This document shows positions 37,658-44,695 of a stretch of 44,695 nucleotides of DNA, in pieces. Location of the stretch: positions 1 to 44,695 of the IMG/VR virus record IMGVR_UViG_3300032373_000033, one strand, 5' to 3'. The notes beneath the pieces were generated by a model. That model was not told the DNA's origin and made no database searches. It worked only from the letters and a program-made list of their open reading frames with translations. The translations under genes were made by a program, and so were the position numbers. The stretch is from a virus (lineage: Duplodnaviria > Caudoviricetes). The first letter of the stretch is position 1. Every line of letters starts with the position of its first letter.

Positions 37658-38055
37658 CAGTCGCACTCCTCATAAAGATTGGCAACCCACAGGATCTCAG
37701 CGTAGAACGTAGCAACTTCACCCAAACGCTCAAGCACCGGAAGCGTGACTTGATCCCAAAACGTTCCCTCAGAACGCTCGCAGTCGTCAGGAATTTGCAC
37801 AAGAGCTTCGACCTTTCGGCGAAGCCGTCGCTGATCCCCAGGTTTACCCGAGTTGCTCCAAGTAGACAGCTGGCTAAACAAGTGTACCACACGGTGCATG
37901 TGGTCCCTTAGTCGGATGTCTCCAGGCGGCGGCGGGAGATCTGAAATATCAGCAATCTGCCGACTGTGGCTTAGAAAAAGCTTACGGGAATGATGCCGAT
38001 CAGGTGCGGTAATACCCGCACTCCCCAGCTCTGCAATTGTGATCTTACGTGCCAT
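37657..38055 (-). CDS. Hypothetical protein
   Basis: 132-aa ORF with TGATG coupling to the downstream gene. Confidence 0.65.
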   Translation of the reverse strand: MARKITIAELGSAGITAPDRHHSRKLFLSHSRQIADISDLPPPPGDIRLRDHMHRVVHLFSQLSTWSNSGKPGDQRRLRRKVEALVQIPDDCERSEGTFWDQVTLPVLERLGEVATFYAEILWVANLYEECD

Positions 38056-38078
38056 CTGAAAGTCTAGGTAAAGAAAGT

Positions 38079-38207
38079 GGCGTCACCCACTAGTGAGCCC
38101 TGGAGGAGACTCCTGTAAGCGCTCGATCCCTGGTGCCGCTGACTGGGGGAGTGCGGTTCGGCGTAGGCACGGAGGGAGGGCTGCATTACAGTTCGGTGGG
38201 TGACGCC
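38079..38207. ncRNA. Candidate structured RNA, unclassified
   Basis: Perfect 12-bp closing stem GGCGTCACCCAC/GTGGGTGACGCC enclosing several internal helices in an intergenic gap. Confidence 0.45.
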
Positions 38208-38226
38208 TGAGCGTTACGGGAACATC

Positions 38227-38496
38227 TTAGGTTGTTGGATCTTCAGTGCAAGGGATAAATACGAGTTTTCCTGGCGTGTTAGCGAGTACTCCGACAAGTG
38301 AGCGTTTGTTCCAAACTTCTAGAAGCCTTTCCTCGGGTTCTAGATCGTCAGCAGTGACGCTAATTGCGGGACCCTCGACGCCGCACGTGTCACAGAACTT
38401 CATGGCGTAGATCGTCTGATCCACTCCGGAACCAAAGAACGTGGTCATGTTTTCGATTTCGTTGCCGCCACAGAAGGGACAAGGTAGTGCGTTCAT
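38227..38496 (-). CDS. Lar-family (restriction alleviation-like) zinc-ribbon protein
   Basis: LPCPFCGG...CDTCGVEGP...WNKR; GGAG ribosome-binding site before the ATG at 38496. Confidence 0.75.
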   Translation of the reverse strand: MNALPCPFCGGNEIENMTTFFGSGVDQTIYAMKFCDTCGVEGPAISVTADDLEPEERLLEVWNKRSLVGVLANTPGKLVFIPCTEDPTT

Positions 38497-38506
38497 AGCG
38501 TATCTC

Positions 38507-39103
38507 CTAGTTTTCGGATAAGACAGAAATCTCCCGCGCTTCACGCTCGCTCAAGTCAAGGTGCGCCGGACTTGATTCGATCGCCGACTTGATCCGTTCA
38601 ACGATCCAGTCCTCAGTAGCCATCCGGATCTGATCCGCTTCAACGAACGGCAGTGCGATCGTCACCGAGAGCCACCGCGCTTGCTCATTGATCGAGCACC
38701 TCAGTTCGCGATGCCCCTCGACTTCGCGTTCCAACTCCGCGAGCCGCGCGTCCTTCTGCCGGGCGTCTTCGTGTATCACCCGAACGTCCGTCAGGTGCTC
38801 GCGGGCGCGCTCGCGTAGCTCGTCGAGTTCATCCTTAACCACCGCGAGCTGCGCTAGATCTTCTCCGCGCTCTTGCCTACGGTCGCGCAAGCATTTATCG
38901 AGAAGCAGTTGCGCCGTCGCTAGATGCGACTCTAGTGCGGACACGCGCTCGCGCGCCGCCGGTAGCTCGACGTTCATCCCGTAGCAGTCTCCGCACCAGA
39001 GCACATCATCGCCACGATCGGTCATCTCCACCGCGCGCTCGTGCTTCCCGCAGTTCGCGCACGTGCTCCAAAAACTGCTGTTGCTTTCTACTTCGCTTTG
39101 CAT
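38507..39103 (-). CDS. Hypothetical zinc-finger plus coiled-coil protein
   Basis: CANC...CGDC followed by a heptad-rich helical region. Confidence 0.6.
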   Translation of the reverse strand: MQSEVESNSSFWSTCANCGKHERAVEMTDRGDDVLWCGDCYGMNVELPAARERVSALESHLATAQLLLDKCLRDRRQERGEDLAQLAVVKDELDELRERAREHLTDVRVIHEDARQKDARLAELEREVEGHRELRCSINEQARWLSVTIALPFVEADQIRMATEDWIVERIKSAIESSPAHLDLSEREAREISVLSEN

Positions 39104-40191
39104 CCGACCAATCTAGCTGAGCCCTGCGGAGCTTCAATGGATTTCCCGCTCGATTCTTTTCATGCTCTGGGGCGCTTACACAAGCATAACTTGAGTGAGC
39201 GGGAACCTTTCGACTGAAGCTTCTGTAAGGCTCTCTGCTGGACTTTGACGGCGATATGAAGGATTACACTCGGATCCTTCTAGAGTCCAGCACGGGGCAC
39301 TACAGGAGCTGTGAGGGGAAGCTGGGTGGATACTGATAGTAGAGCGTGCTGTGGGAGCGTCGGGAGTCTTGTTATTTTTGTGTATGGTGGGGACCCTAAA
39401 AACGGTGGGTAAGTTGAGGGGAAGATAAGCCCCACTTGGTGCCCGTTTAGAGGGTAAAAAGAGAACCGCACCCAATCAGGAGGAAAGGCGAAGGTACATA
39501 TGGTTATACATAGGTACGCATGCGTGCGCGAGGGCTCCTTTAGAGCGTCTTGGTTGGGTCCACGTAAAGGTCGAAGAGATCCCCCTGTAGAGCGTCTTGG
39601 TTCGGGCTCTGTAAGGGGTGCTATCTTCCCCCTAACTTCCTATCAAGCGTCAGGGTTCCTGATTTACATTCAACGTACCGACCAAAAAGTTGCTTAGCGG
39701 TACGAGCCCCCCTATGTTGTGTATGTTTGACCTTCCTTCCCCCCTTGGGGTCGCCGCCCTCTTTCCGGAAATCCGTATTTTCTGCGCGGTGTGCCGTGCG
39801 AGGTGGCAGGGCATCGACCATAAGTAGGGCATTGACAATCGGTTACATAGTCCTACAGAGACTGTGAGCCTTTGCTTTTGGGGTTTATACTTAGGGGGAG
39901 ACACCTAGATAGCACTAGGACCACACTCTAACTATGCCAGAATGGCAGTGTGTTAGGGCTTTGTTCGGATTTGCACAGGTTTGGCTGCTTTTGTGAAATC
40001 ATCCACCGTCGTAAACCCTTGTCAATCCACGACTTACCTCCACTACCCAAGAAAAGCCAAGGATACCCCGAAACAATCAAGCTCGCCGTTCGATATACCT
40101 TGCAGCTTCGGTTACCTTCGGTGACTCGAAGACCAAGCGGTCAAGCCACTCTCACAACGGCTTGACGTACTACTCTCACAACGGCCTAACA
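39104..40191. other. Divergent non-coding region; probable physical genome ends and early promoters
   Basis: No convincing ORF; lies between the leftward arm and the rightward early genes; contains short direct repeats. Confidence 0.6.
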
Positions 40192-40446
40192 ATGCCTCAA
40201 CAGTTCAACGGGATCATCGTGTTGATCGTCCCTGGACCTCAGACGGTCCACACGCCCTCGCCGCTTGCCTACTTGCCATCGCGGAGTATGGACATCGTCG
40301 GCTGGCTCTTCTCGACCGGGCTTGTGTACTGCGGCGACTGCACATCGCTGCACCCGGACCCGCAAGAGGTCATGGCAGCCGTACGTCGTATCGGCTGCGG
40401 CGACATGGCTTGCAACAACTGCTACGAGACCCTCGGCCGCTCGTGA
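40192..40446 (+). CDS. Hypothetical early protein with CxxC...CxxC
   Basis: YCGDC...ACNNC; ATG at 40192. Confidence 0.6.
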   Translation: MPQQFNGIIVLIVPGPQTVHTPSPLAYLPSRSMDIVGWLFSTGLVYCGDCTSLHPDPQEVMAAVRRIGCGDMACNNCYETLGRS

Positions 40447-40616
40447 TCCCCGAACAACAAAGGTTCTTCTTAGGTCTCGCACTCAACCTAGGTAAGCTGC
40501 GGCTAGAGTGCGGGTTCGAGGACGACCGAGTGCCCCCAACACAATTCGCCGGACTCTTCCTGAGTCTCGGAGCCTTCCGAATCTCATTCGGACAACACAA
40601 CGACACGACACAATGA
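40443..40616 (+). CDS. 57-aa hypothetical protein
   Basis: GTGA and ATGA overlaps at the two ends; internal repeat FLGLALNLGKLRLECG / FAGLFLSLGAFRISFG. Confidence 0.5.
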   Translation: MIPEQQRFFLGLALNLGKLRLECGFEDDRVPPTQFAGLFLSLGAFRISFGQHNDTTQ

Positions 40617-40960
40617 AGACAACCCAACGACACACACCTACGCCCGTTGAGATTCTACTCGCTTGGCAAGCATTCGAGTGCGACTGCATGGACGAGGTAC
40701 CGCAAGAGGAGGCGTGGGTAGTTTCGCTCCGCGGTATGTCCTGCGGTCCTGCGTTCACTCCTACCGCGTATGCTTTCAAGCTACACGCTGACGCGGTCCG
40801 ACGCCTAGGACGGATCACCTGGTCACACAAAGGTATTCAGGACTTCAACAACATCGCCGAGAACCGGGGTGCGGTCGTACCCGATCTCGCTTCGCGGCTT
40901 GTAGTGACTATCAGTCTGGAGATGGTGCCGTCGAGTCTTGTCGAGGGGCGTCAAGAGTGA
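40613..40960 (+). CDS. Hypothetical early protein
   Basis: ATG at 40613; GTGA overlap with the next gene. Confidence 0.6.
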   Translation: MKTTQRHTPTPVEILLAWQAFECDCMDEVPQEEAWVVSLRGMSCGPAFTPTAYAFKLHADAVRRLGRITWSHKGIQDFNNIAENRGAVVPDLASRLVVTISLEMVPSSLVEGRQE

Positions 40961-42057
40961 ACAAGCTTTATAAAGGGTACGCAATCGCTCCCTATTCCCA
41001 TCTAGCCGGTGCCGACCTGAGAGGTGCCAGCCTGAAACACGCCAACCTGAAAGGTGCCAGCCTGAAAGGTGCCGACCTGGAAGGTGCCTACCTGAGCTAC
41101 GCCAACCTGAAACACGCCAACCTGAAAGGTGCCAACCTGGAAGATGCCGACCTGAAAGGTGCCGACCTGAAACACGCCAGCCTGGAAGGTGCCGACCTGA
41201 AACACGCCAACCTGGAAGGTGCCGACCTGAAAGGTGCCGACCTGGAAGGTGCCAACCTGGAAGGTGCCGACCTGGAAGATGCCAGCCTGGAAGGTGCCGA
41301 CCTGAGAGGTGCCAGCCTGAAAGGTGCCAACCTGAAAGATGCCAACCTGGAAGATGCCGACCTGAAAGGTGCCAGCCTGAAACACGCCAACCTGAAAGGT
41401 GCCGACCTGGAAGGTGCCAACCTGGAAGGTGCCGACCTGGAAGATGCCAGCCTGGAAGGTGCCGACCTGAGAGGTGCCAGCCTGAAAGGTGCCAACCTGA
41501 AAGGTGCCGACCTGGAAGGTGCCAACCTGGAAGGTGCCGACCTGGAAGATGCCAGCCTGGAAGGTGCCGACCTGAAAGGTGCCAGCCTGAAAGGTGCCGA
41601 CCTGGAAGGTGCCGACCTGGAAGATGCCAGCCTGAAAGGTGCCAACCTGAGCTACGCCAACCTGAAACACGCCAACCTGAAAGGTGCCAGCCTGAAAGGT
41701 GCCAACCTGAAAGGTGCCAGCCTGGAAGGTGCCAACCTGAAAGGTGCCAGCCTGAAAGGTGCCAGCCTGAAAGGTGCCAACCTGGAAGATGCCAGCCTGG
41801 AAGGTGCGACGGTACCAAATAGTCAAACCTGGGAAGACTGGTTGAGCACAGGTGTACGGGACTTCTTTGATCATTCCGCCGTGAATCTATCTGACATACG
41901 CACCTGTTGGTGCTGTCACACATGGAATAACTGCCCGCTCCATGTGGGTTTCGGAGTCAACGGGTTATCTGAGATGCCCGAGGCTCTACAAAAAGATGCC
42001 GCGTTCTTCGTAGCTACCTTCGACGCGGAGCTAGTACCCGTGTCCTGCCTCGACTAA
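40957..42057 (+). CDS. Pentapeptide repeat protein
   Basis: About 53 A(D/N/S)L(K/E)(G/D/H) units; C-terminal Cys/His domain [13 protein letters not shown]. Confidence 0.93.
   Translation: MNKLYKGYAIAPYSHLAGADLRGASLKHANLKGASLKGADLEGAYLSYANLKHANLKGANLEDADLKGADLKHASLEGADLKHANLEGADLKGADLEGANLEGADLEDASLEGADLRGASLKGANLKDANLEDADLKGASLKHANLKGADLEGANLEGADLEDASLEGADLRGASLKGANLKGADLEGANLEGADLEDASLEGADLKGASLKGADLEGADLEDASLKGANLSYANLKHANLKGASLKGANLKGASLEGANLKGASLKGASLKGANLEDASLEGATVPNSQTWEDWLSTGVRDFFDHSAVNLSDIRTCWCCHTWNNCPLHVGFGVNGLSEMPEALQKDAAFFVATFDAELVPVSCLD
41011..41805 (+). repeat. 15-bp tandem repeat, 53 units
   Basis: GCC-(GAC/AAC/AGC)-CTG-(AAA/GAA)-(GGT/GAT/CAC); 795 bp divided by 15. Confidence 0.95.
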
Positions 42058-42166
42058 CCTCGACTACCGCAAGGGCTCGCGCAGTAGCCCGCAGTGACTC
42101 CAGGGTCACCGTAGCTTCCTGTAAGGATGGAAGCCAAGTGCCACGGACGGCAACTCGATACCCTAC

Positions 42167-42754
42167 ATGGGCACAGCCATGAAAGAGAGCAAGACACACA
42201 ACGCTGATGGAACTCCCAAACGTTTCCCGTATCCTTCCGAGCCAGGCTACAAGCGAATGCGCGTCCGTAGGAATGGGCACTGGCGGCTCGAATCCGAAGA
42301 ACCCGAACCCGGCTCGGTGGCTTACGTAGACCGGCAACGCCTTGGGTACGCCTGGAACGAAGCGCGAGCGCCGATGGGTGACGCATGCCAGTACGAAGGC
42401 ACCAACTACGGTGGAGCGAAAGAGACCATCGAGAGACACGAAGTCGTACTCAAGCGTGATGCATCGCGGACTATTCTCGATGTACGGCTGTACATGGCTC
42501 GGCGTGCGCGCGGAGCTTCTCCGGTCTACGCGACTGTCTGGTACTGCGGCAAGGGCGAACAATCAGGGAGCGGTTCCGGAACCGCTTTTGGTTACGGCTA
42601 TGACAAACGATCTTCCGCGATCGAGGAGGCTTTTACCGAGGCCGGGTTTAGCTTCCGCGCGTCGTTCGGCGGTTGCGGAGATGGTGCGGTCCGTGTCGCG
42701 CTGGTAGCCGCCGCGCGTGCTCTTGGCTTTCGAGGGGATCTGGTGATCCTGTGA
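42167..42754 (+). CDS. Hypothetical early protein (GxGYDK motif)
   Basis: 195-aa ORF containing GSGTAFGYGYDKRSSA. Confidence 0.7.
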   Translation: MGTAMKESKTHNADGTPKRFPYPSEPGYKRMRVRRNGHWRLESEEPEPGSVAYVDRQRLGYAWNEARAPMGDACQYEGTNYGGAKETIERHEVVLKRDASRTILDVRLYMARRARGASPVYATVWYCGKGEQSGSGSGTAFGYGYDKRSSAIEEAFTEAGFSFRASFGGCGDGAVRVALVAAARALGFRGDLVIL

Positions 42755-43068
42755 GTGCACCGTTCACAAAAGAAGAGCTAGAAGTAGCTAAGGACGCATG
42801 TCGTAGATTCATCGCTGCGGGCGAAACCACGATGATATCAGCGTTTACAGGTGGGGACAGTTCAAAACTGGAGAACGGCTGAATCGGGATCCGAATCGCC
42901 GCCGTGCGCGGCGATGAAGCATGCAGCCATCTAGGCTTATGGCACTACACAGAAACAGCGAATGACGCGGTGTATGAACTCGGCGTGCTATTGGGATTTA
43001 ACGTACTCGCCGCGAACCCCGCTGAAACCCTCGAAGCCTTACTGAGCCTCGAAGCCTCGGAACCATAA
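42751..43068 (+). pseudogene. ORF interrupted by a single in-frame TGA (42880-42882)
   Basis: GTGA-coupled start; 43 codons, TGA, then 61 more open codons to a TAA shortly before the next gene. Confidence 0.45.
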
Positions 43069-43085
43069 CAACAAAAAGAAGAACA

Positions 43086-43451
43086 ATGAAAGTGAAGACA
43101 ATCAACGGCTGGACTAAAGCTAAAATCATCGACAAGCTCGAACAAATGATGCCTGATTCTGGAAGATGTATAGAAGAGGACGGCGATATGTGTCAGTACC
43201 GCAATGATGACGGAAAGGCTTGTGCGATTGGAGCGTTCATCCCAGACACCTTTAGGGAAGCTTTGGGGTATATCGGATACGTCAAAGCCCTGCTGAATGA
43301 GTACCCTGAAGTCAAAGACTACATGCCCATTACTCTAGAAACCCTAGATTTGTTTCAGTGCGTACATGATAGATGGAACGATGATCTATCGGAGTATGCG
43401 TCTCCGAAGCTGGCGTGCATCGCCTGGGTCCGGGAACACGTAATCGACTAG
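43086..43451 (+). CDS. Hypothetical early protein, paralog A
   Basis: INGWTKAKIIDKL..MMP..G...C.YR...GKACAIGAFIPD...Q.VHD. Confidence 0.75.
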   Translation: MKVKTINGWTKAKIIDKLEQMMPDSGRCIEEDGDMCQYRNDDGKACAIGAFIPDTFREALGYIGYVKALLNEYPEVKDYMPITLETLDLFQCVHDRWNDDLSEYASPKLACIAWVREHVID

Positions 43452-43501
43452 ATCCGAAACGGCCTCGGCCGTCTACGGGTAGCTCCCGTACTGACGAGGA
43501 T
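43452..43501 (+). ncRNA. Type II hammerhead ribozyme
   Basis: ATCC-GAAA-CGGC(CTCG)GCCG-TC^TACGGG(TAGCT)CCCGTA-CTGACGA-GGAT: all three stems plus the CUGANGA, GAAA and GUC core; predicted cleavage after C43473. Confidence 0.88.
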
Positions 43502-43536
43502 ACGCCCGGTAGCGCCGGTCTGCACGCTGAACACTT

Positions 43537-43716
43537 ATGCTGACCAAAGAACGTCGCGAATACTCGATCGTTGCCCTCGATTCCTGGGGCAACCAATACT
43601 CGACTTACATCATCGTCGAAGACGACTCAGAAGAGGAGGCGCGGCACTGCGCTGAACGGTGGGCCTGTTCGGAATCTTTGGATGTCTCAACCCTTTCTGT
43701 TATCGCGAGGAACTAG
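43537..43716 (+). CDS. 59-aa hypothetical protein
   Basis: Read manually (MLTKERREYSIVALDSWG...); fills the gap between the ribozyme and paralog B. Confidence 0.55.
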   Translation: MLTKERREYSIVALDSWGNQYSTYIIVEDDSEEEARHCAERWACSESLDVSTLSVIARN

Positions 43717-43718
43717 AA

Positions 43719-44111
43719 GTGGGTAAGTACGTACCGATTAACGGCTGGACGCGCGCCCGGATCATTGAGAAGTTGCGCGAAAAGATGCCCGAGCGCGGTC
43801 AAGCCTTAGACGAATTTAGTGGAGTTTGTGTGTTTCGCGATGAGCGCGGCAACGCTTGTGCTCTGGGAGCTTTTATCCCAGACGGTCACAAAGCTCTTAT
43901 GGGTAACGGGAGTCCCTACATGATCTTGAATGTGTACTCAGATCTGGCGGATATTTTCCCCTTGCGTTCAACTGCTTTGCAGCTTCTGCAAAATACTCAC
44001 GATACAGCGCGTTGTGAGCGGTATACTCCTCAGCCAGTCGATCTCTGCGTTCAATGGGTCCTAGATAACGTAAAACCTGACAAAAACGAACTTGAACCCA
44101 CACCAGCCTGA
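43719..44111 (+). CDS. Hypothetical early protein, paralog B
   Basis: INGWTRARIIEKL..KMP..G...C.FR...GNACALGAFIPD...Q.THD; GTG at 43719 aligns with the start of paralog A. Confidence 0.75.
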   Translation: MGKYVPINGWTRARIIEKLREKMPERGQALDEFSGVCVFRDERGNACALGAFIPDGHKALMGNGSPYMILNVYSDLADIFPLRSTALQLLQNTHDTARCERYTPQPVDLCVQWVLDNVKPDKNELEPTPA

Positions 44112-44147
44112 TCTACATACCGACCTACACCACACTCAAACCTCTAC

Positions 44148-44669
44148 ATGCTGAATACACAACTAGACCCAAACCCGCTCAACAAGTACAGCGGCATCCA
44201 AGCCACGAACACACAAGAAGCGGTAGGTTACGCCGTCAAAAGTCTCGAATCGTGCGTGGGTGCAATGATCGCGGTCCTCGTTGAAGCCACTAGTCTGCAC
44301 GTCAGGACGTTGAGCACTCCAATCGACAATTCGCTTAAGATGGAACTCACGAACCATCTAAACGTGTGCTCGACCGCTTCCTCGACTATTCTTGATGTCA
44401 TTGAAACCTCTGGCAGTAAGCTGGGGTCCGCCATGGCGCTAGAGACGTTCGATGGGAATAAGGATGACCTTAAACCTTTCACAGATTTTGTGGACTGGAT
44501 CGGACGCGAGAAGAAACGCGTTGAAACCATGGCGGCGAGTTCCGGGGCTGTCGTGCCTCTAGAAAAGGAGGTGTACTCGCCGAGCCCTGGCGCTGACAAT
44601 ACCGTTATTGGCGGCCAGACTCTCCACGTAGAAGAACGACAAGCCCCTAACAACGGGTTCGATCTATGA
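44148..44669 (+). CDS. Hypothetical early protein
   Basis: 173-aa ORF; stop overlaps the ATG of the gene continuing at 98-583. Confidence 0.7.
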   Translation: MLNTQLDPNPLNKYSGIQATNTQEAVGYAVKSLESCVGAMIAVLVEATSLHVRTLSTPIDNSLKMELTNHLNVCSTASSTILDVIETSGSKLGSAMALETFDGNKDDLKPFTDFVDWIGREKKRVETMAASSGAVVPLEKEVYSPSPGADNTVIGGQTLHVEERQAPNNGFDL

Positions 44670-44695
44670 CAGCCGCGCAACTAGCCAGAGAGTTT
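44569..44695. repeat. Terminal direct repeat, copy 2 (circular assembly overlap)
   Basis: Identical to 1-127, indicating a complete circularised contig. Confidence 0.95.

Larger units (their letters stand above)
1..44695. mobile_element. Complete T7-like (Autographiviridae-like) phage genome encoding an integrase
   Basis: Single-subunit RNAP plus T7-order replication, head, tail and terminase genes; circular overlap; no host housekeeping genes. Confidence 0.95.

Noticed and set aside
38079-38207. Cobalamin riboswitch, twister ribozyme or 6S RNA identity for the structured element
   Set aside because: Only fragments match (AACTGTAA, AGTCAG, TAATGCAGC); the other required conserved blocks are missing.
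40505-40525. GGTTCGA as a tRNA T-loop or attP fragment
   Set aside because: No cloverleaf or acceptor stem, and it lies within a doubly coupled small ORF.
41011-41805. CRISPR array or DGR template/variable repeat
   Set aside because: No unique spacers, no reverse transcriptase gene, and the repeat is an in-frame coding pentapeptide array.
40823-41923. Three long antisense ORFs over the pentapeptide gene
   Set aside because: They are shadows of a 15-bp repeat that has no stop codons on the reverse strand.
18085-42130. Recurring CTGTA(A/G)(G) words as the phage RNAP promoter (about 18089, 19197, 38113, 39223, 39609, 42119)
   Set aside because: Upstream bases do not align into a T7-like ~20-bp consensus; a MEME run on intergenic regions would be needed.
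42061-42160. Twister-sister ribozyme suggested by ACCGCAAGGGC
   Set aside because: The conserved UGCAAG loop and the matching closing strand are absent.
42880-42882. Genome-wide TGA recoding
   Set aside because: Conserved genes such as the RNAP, helicase and exonuclease end at TGA at their expected C-termini.

Overview
This window is an apparently complete, circularly permuted genome of a T7-like podovirus (Autographiviridae-like). Bases 1-127 recur exactly at 44569-44695, which is most likely an assembler k-mer overlap. The core T7 gene order is clear: single-subunit RNA polymerase, SSB, resolvase, primase-helicase, dNMP kinase, PolA, 5'-3' exonuclease, portal, scaffold, major capsid, tail tubes A/B, internal virion proteins, gp17-like fibre, TerS and TerL. 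A minus-strand accessory arm occupies about 34.2-39.1 kb, followed by a ~1 kb non-coding gap where the physical ends probably lie, then small early genes (40.2 kb wrapping round to 794). The most notable non-core observations are: (1) a textbook type II hammerhead ribozyme at 43452-43501 between two paralogous early genes; (2) a coupled cassette before the RNAP of a hydrophobic micro-ORF, tyrosine integrase, Tad2/DUF2829-like protein and a 1011-aa 4xFN3 protein, followed by a PAS-plus-membrane-anchor gene; (3) a ligase-like protein lacking the catalytic lysine; (4) a lipoprotein with u-spanin topology but no recognisable endolysin in the genome; (5) a 53-unit pentapeptide repeat with almost no synonymous variation; (6) several structured intergenic regions and unannotated membrane micro-proteins. 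All family calls come from motif recognition by eye; no database searches were run.
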